From: Ignavibacteria bacterium
GTDB lineage: Bacteria > Bacteroidota > Ignavibacteria > Kapaibacteriales > UBA2268
DNA length: 64,000 nucleotides
Direction: 5' to 3'
Assembly (NCBI GenBank): GCA_026417135.1
Contig: JAOADV010000002.1
Span: 72,985 to 136,984 of the forward strand
Position numbers and translations under genes: made by a program. Position 1 is the first letter of the stretch. Every line of letters begins with the position of its first letter. The notes under the pieces were generated by a model. It did not search any database, was not told the DNA's origin, and saw only the letters and a list, made by a program, of their open reading frames with translations. Shown here one piece after another: positions 31,682-40,492 of this stretch.

Positions 31682-33379
31682 ATGAAAACTTTAAGTTGGA
31701 ATGTAATGCTTTTCCTTATTTGTTTCTCAATCATATTGCAATTTTCTTCTGTTTTTACGCAAATTAAGGTTTCGAGTTACAAAGCTGATTTAAATACGAA
31801 ATTGGATGAATTTCCTCTTCAAATTGTTAACGATGGTCTTTTAATATTACATTATAACGAGAAAAAAAAGGCAAAACCTTATGTTTACTCAACTAAGCAA
31901 AAGAAAAAAGTAAAATACACATTGCCCAAGGGGTTATCAACAGTCGAACTTGGCTTTTTTTCACAATTTGTCGATTCAATTAGAGAACAAGTTCATTTTG
32001 TTGTTGCCGGAAAAAAAAGAAATTCTTTGAATTATAGATTGCATTTTCTGTCGACTAATTTGAAAGGAAAGACATTATCTATTAGCGAACTTGGGTTTGC
32101 CGACACTTCTTTTATGTCGCATCCAAAGTTTTCTCCCGATGGCTCATTTTTGGTTTATTCGACAGACCAAATGGGGTCAAAGGGTGGAACAGATATAGTA
32201 TTTTCAAAAAAAATTGAAATTGATGGAAAAATTGGTTGGTCTGAACCAATTTTTGCCGAGGGTATCAATTCGGAGGCTAACGAAATTACACCTTTCATCG
32301 ACAGCTACGGTAACATATTTTTTTCTCGTTACGAGGATGGGAATTATAATATTTTCAAGGCAGAAAGGAAAGGAGATTTTATTTGGGGACCGCCTCGGCG
32401 ATTGTTAAACGATATTAATACTAATTACAATGAAATTTCTCCAGTTGTTGTCAATGGGAAAATTTATTTCTCATCCGATAGACCTAATGGCTTAGGTGGT
32501 TTCGATATTTACGAGGCTGAGTTTTGTTTGCCAATTTTTTTCGAAATTAATTTTACAGAAAGCACTTCTCTTTTTACTTCGTACGACTTTTTGATGATTA
32601 AGGAAAACGACAGTATTTTTTTCGAATCATACTTGGGTTCGCAAAGTCGCTATATGCTTCCAATTAATCCTCGTAAAGAGTATGAAATTACGATTTATAA
32701 CACTTGTAATAAAAAACTTCGTTATCGCAACAAGATACATACTGATTGTATAGATACTTCGTATTTAAAGTATGTTATTAACTTAAATATTACAAATGAT
32801 ATTTCAAAAGAATATCAAATCCCATTTTTCATAACTGGTTACTATAGACCGATTTCGTGGGCTGTTGTTGAACAAATTAGAAAAATGCATAATTTCAATT
32901 TAATTGGATTAGATGATTCAACTCGTTACATAGAATATCCCGGCTCGATTTACGATAAATTTATTCAGCAAGTTGAAAATTCAATGCAAATAATTATTGA
33001 AAATGTTAAGGATTATCTCGCTTTGTTTGAATTGGATTGCATCCCAAAAAACAAATTGTTACTTGTTAAGGTAATAGGGTATTCGGACCCAAGACCTTTA
33101 CCACCTTATTCCAAATATTTTGAAGAAGATATTTCTGACTATAATCTTAATTTTTATGTTAAACGAGGCAGTTTTATCGATAACTTCTTGCTTTCGAAAC
33201 TCCGTGCTTACTTTACTGCTAAAGCTATTCTTAATGAATTAGAGAAGGATTTTAGTTTTAAAAATTATTTACATCGATTGAAGTTCGAGATTGTTGGAGG
33301 TGGAATTGCAAGCGATTCAACCGATGATTATCTTTCCCTACGAAAAGTTCAGATGACACTCCAACTTGTAGAAGAATAG
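31682..33379 (+). CDS. exported protein with TolB/PD40-like beta-propeller repeats and C-terminal OmpA-like domain
   Basis: Signal peptide. PD40-type repeats (FSPDGSFLVYSTDQ..., ISPVVVNGKIYFSSDRPNGLGGFDIYEA). C-terminal VIGYSDPRP...NFYVKRGSF...LSKLRAYFTAKAILNEL resembles the OmpA-C peptidoglycan-binding motif. Confidence 0.5.
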   Translation: MKTLSWNVMLFLICFSIILQFSSVFTQIKVSSYKADLNTKLDEFPLQIVNDGLLILHYNEKKKAKPYVYSTKQKKKVKYTLPKGLSTVELGFFSQFVDSIREQVHFVVAGKKRNSLNYRLHFLSTNLKGKTLSISELGFADTSFMSHPKFSPDGSFLVYSTDQMGSKGGTDIVFSKKIEIDGKIGWSEPIFAEGINSEANEITPFIDSYGNIFFSRYEDGNYNIFKAERKGDFIWGPPRRLLNDINTNYNEISPVVVNGKIYFSSDRPNGLGGFDIYEAEFCLPIFFEINFTESTSLFTSYDFLMIKENDSIFFESYLGSQSRYMLPINPRKEYEITIYNTCNKKLRYRNKIHTDCIDTSYLKYVINLNITNDISKEYQIPFFITGYYRPISWAVVEQIRKMHNFNLIGLDDSTRYIEYPGSIYDKFIQQVENSMQIIIENVKDYLALFELDCIPKNKLLLVKVIGYSDPRPLPPYSKYFEEDISDYNLNFYVKRGSFIDNFLLSKLRAYFTAKAILNELEKDFSFKNYLHRLKFEIVGGGIASDSTDDYLSLRKVQMTLQLVEE

Positions 33380-33578
33380 ATTACTTGCTTTCTTCATTTG
33401 CAGTTTTAAAAAGTCTGCTTGTTTCTTTGAATTTCTTCTTGAATTAAATTTACGTTGAATAGTCTAAATTTTTTTGAAAAGGTACTGAAGCTTGAATACA
33501 ATTATGATTCATATTGTAAAATCAGAAACTATTACCTTAATAATTTTAAGATGTTTGTTTGGAAAAAAATAGTATTGA

Positions 33579-36044
33579 TTACTTTGGTTTTATAATTGCA
33601 AATATTTGAGAATGTTTTGAAGGGATTTTAGAAATTGGTATAGAAATATAACCGCCATTCAGCCAAAGGCGAAATTGGTCGGAAAAATTTCTACTCAAGT
33701 TTTGACCAGAATTTCCTCCCGACAGTATTGTCTTGACTAACGTATCGCCTAAATCTGCAATAAAACGAGCAGAAGAGGCTATTTCAACAAGATTTTGGTC
33801 GAACAATTTTCCGCCAGCATAATTAATGGTAGAATTATTACCACCATAGGGATATTCGCCTAAAGAGAAAGTTGGTTCAAGAAATTTATTCTTAGCAAGA
33901 ATATGTTCAAGTCGAACCTTGTGGAGATTTCCGTAAGTCCATTTTTCAACGTTTTCTGTCTTTGTTTTGTTTTTTAGCTCATTTATTGTGGACCTAAAGC
34001 TTTTGAAAATTAATTCTTCTTTAGTTAATGTGTCATTTTGGATTTTATCGAAAAAGAAGACGGAATTAGAATCGCTCATCACTTTTAGTAAAGTTCTTGT
34101 TGCAATGAAATCCAAGTAGAGATATTGCTTGAAAAGTTCCTCGCCTAGTTCATCTAATAATAGGTTTTCAAGAAATTTCAACACAAAAGTTTGATATATT
34201 GAAGGTGCAACGTAATTAGGGGACAAAATAAAATTCCAGATTTTTAATTTTTCGAAAGCTTGTAGTTCAATGTCATTTAAATCCTTTTTTCTAAGTTCCA
34301 AAATAGGTAATACTTCCGATAGTATTTTTTGGGCTTGTAAGGATTTTAAATCGTTCTGCATAACTTGAATATCGAGTATGTCCGAAGGTTGAGTGTTTTG
34401 TAGAATATCATAAATTCTTTCGGCACGAGTGGGGTCGGGCCAATAGTTCGAAATAAATAAATTTGATTGGTAAGATTTGTTATTAGCATTATAAACAAAT
34501 CCTTCCGGTGGATTGAAAATATTGAATTTTTCGTCGAAACGCCTTTGTCCAACCCAGTAGGAAAATTTTAAACTTGAATTGTTTGGTAGGTTTGGGTCAA
34601 CATTTACTCTTTCGGGGTAGAAACCAGCTAACATTAAACCAATATTACCATTTTTATCGGCAAATGAAAAGTTAGAAGCAGGGGCACCCCAGTAGTTTTT
34701 GGCTTTCACGAAGTCGTTCCATCCTTTTGCTTGGGAAATAAGGTATAGCGATTTGATTTCGTCGCTGACAAATTTCCCCGTCCATTTAAAAGTCAAAGCA
34801 AAATTCAATTTTGGGGAGTCTGTAATAGAGAAAACTTTTGCCGAGACTTCGTTATCTTTCAGCAAAAGGAAGTCCGAGATAATAATGTCGTCGCCTAAGT
34901 ATCTTTGATAATAAACGAAGTTAGGTTTACCACGAATCTTAATAGTATCTGTTTTAAATCGTAGTCTTGTTTTTTCACCCAGGTGATTTATTACAAACTT
35001 TCCAGTGGAATCGAGTTGGTGCGAAAAAAAGTCGCAGTCGTCAACCATTCCGTTTGTTATGCCCCAAGCTATGAAGTCATTCCGACCTACAAGTGGAAGT
35101 GGTATCCCCGGAATGGTTAATCCTACGAGATTGAATTGGGGCGATGAAATATGTATTTGATACCAAATCGGTGGTAAAGTAATAGTCAAGTGTGGGTCGC
35201 AAGCTAGAATTGAAGTGTAGCCGTTGCGAGTTTTAACCCGAATTGCCCAAGTATTGCTTCCGCCAATTGAATATAGAAAAGGATAGAATTCTTTAAAGTA
35301 TTTTAAAGATGCAGATAACATTAACTCTTTAAAGTTGAAATCTTTGCCGTATTTTTGCTGAGGAGATATTTGATTAAACGAAGGGAAGATGGTAGTTGAA
35401 TCTGGGATAAGCGATCTAGCTTGTTGGTGTCCAATCCTTTGCTCTATATCTCCAAATGTCAAGTCTAGCCAGAAAGAAAAGTTTAAAGTGAAAGCAAGCA
35501 ATCGACCAATCATAATACAGTCCTCGAGGGTCCACGGCTCGGGTTTATAGTTTAATGCATTGAATTCTAATGGGAGTTTATTTTGAAAATTTTCTAAGAA
35601 GAAGTTTATACCATTACAATATGCCAGCAAGATTTTATAAGATGTTGTGTCGAGATTTGGGACAATACTCAAAGCGATATCTTTGAGTTGTAAAGCACGA
35701 AAAAATTGGTCAAATTTAAGGGCCTCAACGCCGAATATTTCCGATAATCTGCCTTGAGAAACTCTTCGTAGAAAGTCCATTTGCCAAAGTCGGTCTATTG
35801 CATGGGAAAACCCAACTCCAAAAAAAGTATCTTCGAGATTACTCGAAATTATGTGGGGAATACCATACTTATCTTTGTAGATTGATACTTCCGATTTTAA
35901 TTGTGCTGTTTGCCCTTCGAATTTACTTTCGAGAAGTGAGACTTTTGCGAATTCGAGGGAAAAAAATACAAAGCAAGCAAAGAATAGGAAAAAAGATAAA
36001 ATGAGAAGTAGAGTTTGATTTTTTTTTATGGGTAGTTTCATCAA
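33579..36044 (-). CDS. penicillin acylase family (Ntn-hydrolase, S45) protein; possible acyl-homoserine-lactone acylase
   Basis: 821 aa. Signal/TM N-terminus. The SIGGSNTWAIRV segment carries the conserved Ser-Asn nucleophile at the autoproteolytic alpha/beta junction. Typical family length. Confidence 0.8.
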   Translation of the reverse strand: MMKLPIKKNQTLLLILSFFLFFACFVFFSLEFAKVSLLESKFEGQTAQLKSEVSIYKDKYGIPHIISSNLEDTFFGVGFSHAIDRLWQMDFLRRVSQGRLSEIFGVEALKFDQFFRALQLKDIALSIVPNLDTTSYKILLAYCNGINFFLENFQNKLPLEFNALNYKPEPWTLEDCIMIGRLLAFTLNFSFWLDLTFGDIEQRIGHQQARSLIPDSTTIFPSFNQISPQQKYGKDFNFKELMLSASLKYFKEFYPFLYSIGGSNTWAIRVKTRNGYTSILACDPHLTITLPPIWYQIHISSPQFNLVGLTIPGIPLPLVGRNDFIAWGITNGMVDDCDFFSHQLDSTGKFVINHLGEKTRLRFKTDTIKIRGKPNFVYYQRYLGDDIIISDFLLLKDNEVSAKVFSITDSPKLNFALTFKWTGKFVSDEIKSLYLISQAKGWNDFVKAKNYWGAPASNFSFADKNGNIGLMLAGFYPERVNVDPNLPNNSSLKFSYWVGQRRFDEKFNIFNPPEGFVYNANNKSYQSNLFISNYWPDPTRAERIYDILQNTQPSDILDIQVMQNDLKSLQAQKILSEVLPILELRKKDLNDIELQAFEKLKIWNFILSPNYVAPSIYQTFVLKFLENLLLDELGEELFKQYLYLDFIATRTLLKVMSDSNSVFFFDKIQNDTLTKEELIFKSFRSTINELKNKTKTENVEKWTYGNLHKVRLEHILAKNKFLEPTFSLGEYPYGGNNSTINYAGGKLFDQNLVEIASSARFIADLGDTLVKTILSGGNSGQNLSRNFSDQFRLWLNGGYISIPISKIPSKHSQIFAIIKPK

Positions 36045-36050
36045 AGAATC

Positions 36051-37037
36051 TTAGCTAATCCATCCATTCTCGATATACCAAAGGTATGTTTTTTTCATAC
36101 CTTCTGGTAATTGAACCTTTTGCCGGAAACCTAAAGTCGAAAATGCTTTTTTTGAAGAGCAAATCCAGTATTTTTGGGTGAAATCCTTTGCTTTTTCGAC
36201 ATTAAAAACCGAAACCTTTCCATTCAAATTACTTATGAGCTCCGAAATATAAGCGGCGCCAAAAACTATAAAGTGTGGAATTTTAATTGTTATTGTCTTT
36301 TTACCTATTGCTATTTTCATCGAATCCATCATTTCGTTCCAAGTGTAGAAACGTTCGGATGAAATGAAAAAAATCTCATTTCGTGAATTGTCTGATAAGG
36401 TAGCTAAATAAATACCTTCTACCGCATCATCGACATAAAGTAAGCTAACATATTTCTCTTTGAAACCAATCAAAGGGGTTAAGCCTATCTTAGCAAGTCT
36501 AAACATATCCACAAGAGCTGTGTCTCTGGGTCCATAGATTGCTGGCAATCGAACAATAGTAATTGGGAAAATTTCACGATAATTTAACACTTCTTTTTCT
36601 GCTTCGAGTTTGCTTTGTCCATAGTTTGTTATTGGGCGACATATTGTTGTTTCATCAACTGGATTCTCGAGTGAACTGGCAGGACCAGCAGCAGTTAGGC
36701 TGCTAACAAAGGTAAATTTTTTTATAGTAGGGTTGAAAAGCTCGACAGCCCGTAAAAGGTTTGATGTAGCATCTCTATTTCCTTTTAAGTATTCGTTATA
36801 ATTTTTTGCAGCTATTGTTCCAGCGACGTGAACGACATAATCTACGCCAATAACTGCATTTTTTAGCTCTTCTGGATTTTCGAAATTAGTTTTTACAATT
36901 TCATAATTTTTTCCTTCCAACCAACGTAAGTTACTTTTCCCTCTAATTGTACATCGGACATCAAATCCTTTTGCAAGGAAAAATTCGGCAACAAAACTAC
37001 CAATAAACCCAGTTGCTCCCGTAACTAAGACTTTCAT
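36051..37037 (-). CDS. NAD-dependent epimerase/dehydratase (extended SDR)
   Basis: MKVLVTGATGFIGSFVAEFF Rossmann motif. Y-x3-K (YGQSK). 328 aa. 7-nt gap from the acylase gene. Confidence 0.8.
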   Translation of the reverse strand: MKVLVTGATGFIGSFVAEFFLAKGFDVRCTIRGKSNLRWLEGKNYEIVKTNFENPEELKNAVIGVDYVVHVAGTIAAKNYNEYLKGNRDATSNLLRAVELFNPTIKKFTFVSSLTAAGPASSLENPVDETTICRPITNYGQSKLEAEKEVLNYREIFPITIVRLPAIYGPRDTALVDMFRLAKIGLTPLIGFKEKYVSLLYVDDAVEGIYLATLSDNSRNEIFFISSERFYTWNEMMDSMKIAIGKKTITIKIPHFIVFGAAYISELISNLNGKVSVFNVEKAKDFTQKYWICSSKKAFSTLGFRQKVQLPEGMKKTYLWYIENGWIS

Positions 37038-37038
37038 A

Positions 37039-40000
37039 TTATTTTTTTAAAAAGTTACCATACAAAATTTTATTTTCTACACTAATTTTTACAATATACA
37101 TCCCACTTCTTAAATTGCTTACATTCAAGAAAATACGGTAAGAAGAAAGTTCTATGTCTTTTTCGGATAAAACCTCGTTCCCTAACAAATCAAAAATTTT
37201 TATATGTACCGATTTATTGATACTGCTATGAGTATATATTGTTAGAAAGTTTTCTACTGGGTTAGGGGAAATAATCAATCCGAATTTTTCGAGAGATTCA
37301 GGTTCTGTCGTAGAAATTATATTTCTACCAAAACCTTGAAGTTCAATTTCAATTCTCTGTGGATTTCCATCAGTTTCAATTATCAATTTTGCTCTTCGTT
37401 GTCCTTCTTGCTTTGGAATAAATCTTACTCTAATTTGTACTTCTTCGCCTGGGGCGATGCTATCTTGTAAGTTTCCAAAAAATTTAAATTCTTCGGTGGT
37501 AGAACCTAAAGTTGTGTCTATTTTGGCTTTCAATGCAACAGGTGAGTTACCGATATTTTTTATCGTAACACTCCTTAGTTTGTTTGAACCAATATTGACT
37601 GTATCGTATTTTAAAAGGTTTTCAGATAGAAGTTGAACTTCTTTAATAATTTTTTGTGGAACTAAGCCAAAGTCAAGATAACTTACGCTAAGACCGAGTT
37701 GCCAAAGTCTTACAAGAGTGTTTTGCAAGACAATTTCTGCACCAGTTTGAATGCCACCCGTGAACTCATTTAAAATTGGAGTCCAATTATCACCTAAATC
37801 TGAAGTGCCAAAGATTTCACCTCCAGAACAAAGGACATACATAAATTTTGAATTTTCTGGGGTAAACAAATAAACAGGAACTAAACCGTATTGAGTAAAG
37901 TTGAACTGTTTGGGTTTCCAAGTTTTTCCGCCATCAGAAGTTGTAGCTAAATATCTTGGTGCAGTAGTTTCCGTTGTTTCTGTATAAACAGCCATACCGT
38001 TAAGATTATCGCGAAATGTTATGTAAAGTACAATTGCAGCATTTGGTATAGTTCCAAAACCCCAATTTTGACCTCTGTTTGTGGAAAAGAAAATTCTTCC
38101 TTGATTTGTTCCAAACCACAGATGGTCGTTCCATCGGCAAGTAGAATTTACTAAAGCTGTTTCGTTCTGATTAGGTGGGGGCAAGTTTACAACTGGAAGC
38201 CAAGTAGTTCCTCCGTCCGTTGACCTACCGACGCCCCAAACACCGTTTTTCGGGTCGCCTAAAAATATACCTTCTTTTTGTTCAAAGAAATAAATTGCAT
38301 TAATAAATCCAGTGATACTTGATACGTTAATTGATGACCAGTTGTTCCCTCCATTTGTTGTGAAAAACACATATGCAGAGGTTTGATTTTGTGAGCCACT
38401 TCCCGCATAAGCCACCATCGAGTTGAGAGCAGTAATACAATAAACTCTGGCAGAGCTCGAAATATAATTCATTCTGTATGAACCAGAAGAAACTCTTAGA
38501 AAACCACTTAAAGAGCCAAAAAGCCCCCCTTGGCCTACAGCCCAAACACAATCGTGTTGAGGCGAGGATGCTCCATACCACTGTGGTTGGTACATATCGG
38601 GGAAAGTGAAAAGTTTGGTTAATTTATTGTTGGAAGTTATTCTAACTGGAAGTGAAACAACTTGATAATCGGTATAGTTACTCGCTTCGAACGAGCATTG
38701 CAGATAAGCATTTCCAAGATACCAAGGATTGTTTTCCAAAAGTGTGACCGTCAAGGTTATGTCCTTTTGGCCGCCAGTAGCAAAATTTCCCAAGGAAAAA
38801 GTGGTTTGGTCCACGGAGATAAAATTGTTTAAGGGTTTAATTTTCAAAGTTACGTTGGAAGCAGGTCCCAAATGGTTTTTTATTTTTAAAGAAAGTACAT
38901 TGGGATTAAAATCGAAAAGTGAATTACCACGAGAGAAAGAAACATCGAAAATTTGTAATCCAGGAATGGAGGGATTCGACAAATGGTTAAAATACAAAGC
39001 TCGATATGCGTTGACTTTACCGTAATAATATGGTCGCTTTGCCGGGTCGGAAGTCAAAACATTATCTGAAGTTGAACGGATTTGATGAAGGATTTGACGT
39101 GGCGACCAATCGGTATGGAGACTTGCTACTAATCCAGCAACTCCAGCAACTATTGGCGAAGCCATCGATGTACCATCCTGATTAGAGTAATTGTTATTTG
39201 GCATTGTTGAGTAAATTCTTTGACCAGGGGCATAGACAGTTACTTTCATTCCCCAATTAGAAAAATTTGCAACTGCGTTGGAAGAGTTAGTTGCACCAAC
39301 ACAAAGGACGTTATCGTATCCAGCAGGGAATTGCCCACCGTAATCAATTAATCCTCCATCATTTCCTGAAGCAACAACCACAAGGCTACCTTTGTTTAAG
39401 GCATAGTTAATTATTTCCTGCTCTGCTAAACTAAAACCGGGTCCTCCCCAACTACAATTTATAACTTTAGCACCGAGATTAGCTGCATAGACTATAGCTT
39501 CGTAGCCTCGGTATATTCCCATTCCTCCTTGGTCGGGAGAGCATTTTATTGGTAAAATTGAGCAACTAAAACCCGGAGATGCAATTCCAACACCATTGTT
39601 TGTTACTGCAGAAGCTGCGCCAGCAACGTGAGTCCCGTGAAAACCAGTGATATTTATTGGGTCATTGTCTTCGCGAAAAGTACCAGCTTGAATATCAGCC
39701 GCTGTTACATTTCCCACGAAGTCCCAACCACTTACATCATCCACCTTCCCATTTCCATCGTCATCGACCTTATTATCTGGTATTTCTTTGGGGTTTTTCC
39801 ATATATTGTCTTTTAAATCGCTATGTTTCCAATCGACCCCCGAATCAATAATCGCAATTACTACTTTTTTATCACCCTTGGAAATATCCCAAGCCTTTGG
39901 CAATTGAATATTGTTGATATACCATTGCGAACCAATACTTGGGTCGTTGGGTGTGAAATCATATAAATATCTTTTATAGATTGGTACAGCATATTCTATA

Positions 40001-40443
40001 TCTGGGGATTGCAACAACTCCTTGCAAACTTCATAGGGGTCAATTTCGTCGGCAAAATAAATTTCGTAAATTCTTTCAATCCCAATTTCTTTTGTCGAAA
40101 GTGGACTTGCAGAGGTTTCGTCGAAAAAAGGCATTCGGATTAGATTGACTTTATGTTTGTTCAAGATTGTCGATAGACTTGAGGAATGTAGTTGAAAATA
40201 AGTTTTATCGTAATTGATTAAGTGTTTTGTTTTAATGTGGATTGCATTTTTAATTAGATGTTCTGAATCTACCCGGTATATTGGATAGATTTTGTCAACT
40301 TGATTTCCAGTACCGTTAATAACGATGGTATATTCTGGGTTTGGTAGTGAGTTGGTACTTTTTAAATTATATTGTAGTGGTGGTGCAGAAAAAGGACAAT
40401 TATATGCTAAGAAGAAGATAAAAAGATAAAATATGATTTTCAT
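37039..40443 (-). CDS. secreted S8 subtilisin-family serine peptidase with internal BNR/Asp-box beta-propeller and T9SS C-terminal sorting domain
   Basis: Catalytic triad motifs IAIIDSGVD (D~200), HGTHVAGAA (H~270), GTSMASPIVAG (S~426). Ca-loop DDDGNGKVDD. Five S/T-x-D/N-x-G-x-x-W Asp-boxes at residues ~696-887 (TTNGGNNW, STDGGTTW, STNRGQNW, TSDGGKTW, SDLGDNW). C-terminal SPNPVENFLTIY...SGMYIVKISVENKILYGNFLKK matches the T9SS CTD. Confidence 0.88.
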   Translation of the reverse strand: MKIIFYLFIFFLAYNCPFSAPPLQYNLKSTNSLPNPEYTIVINGTGNQVDKIYPIYRVDSEHLIKNAIHIKTKHLINYDKTYFQLHSSSLSTILNKHKVNLIRMPFFDETSASPLSTKEIGIERIYEIYFADEIDPYEVCKELLQSPDIEYAVPIYKRYLYDFTPNDPSIGSQWYINNIQLPKAWDISKGDKKVVIAIIDSGVDWKHSDLKDNIWKNPKEIPDNKVDDDGNGKVDDVSGWDFVGNVTAADIQAGTFREDNDPINITGFHGTHVAGAASAVTNNGVGIASPGFSCSILPIKCSPDQGGMGIYRGYEAIVYAANLGAKVINCSWGGPGFSLAEQEIINYALNKGSLVVVASGNDGGLIDYGGQFPAGYDNVLCVGATNSSNAVANFSNWGMKVTVYAPGQRIYSTMPNNNYSNQDGTSMASPIVAGVAGLVASLHTDWSPRQILHQIRSTSDNVLTSDPAKRPYYYGKVNAYRALYFNHLSNPSIPGLQIFDVSFSRGNSLFDFNPNVLSLKIKNHLGPASNVTLKIKPLNNFISVDQTTFSLGNFATGGQKDITLTVTLLENNPWYLGNAYLQCSFEASNYTDYQVVSLPVRITSNNKLTKLFTFPDMYQPQWYGASSPQHDCVWAVGQGGLFGSLSGFLRVSSGSYRMNYISSSARVYCITALNSMVAYAGSGSQNQTSAYVFFTTNGGNNWSSINVSSITGFINAIYFFEQKEGIFLGDPKNGVWGVGRSTDGGTTWLPVVNLPPPNQNETALVNSTCRWNDHLWFGTNQGRIFFSTNRGQNWGFGTIPNAAIVLYITFRDNLNGMAVYTETTETTAPRYLATTSDGGKTWKPKQFNFTQYGLVPVYLFTPENSKFMYVLCSGGEIFGTSDLGDNWTPILNEFTGGIQTGAEIVLQNTLVRLWQLGLSVSYLDFGLVPQKIIKEVQLLSENLLKYDTVNIGSNKLRSVTIKNIGNSPVALKAKIDTTLGSTTEEFKFFGNLQDSIAPGEEVQIRVRFIPKQEGQRRAKLIIETDGNPQRIEIELQGFGRNIISTTEPESLEKFGLIISPNPVENFLTIYTHSSINKSVHIKIFDLLGNEVLSEKDIELSSYRIFLNVSNLRSGMYIVKISVENKILYGNFLKK

Positions 40444-40492
40444 CCTAAAGCCTTCCTTTTATGTAAAATGTTCAAAGTTATCACATTAAAAA

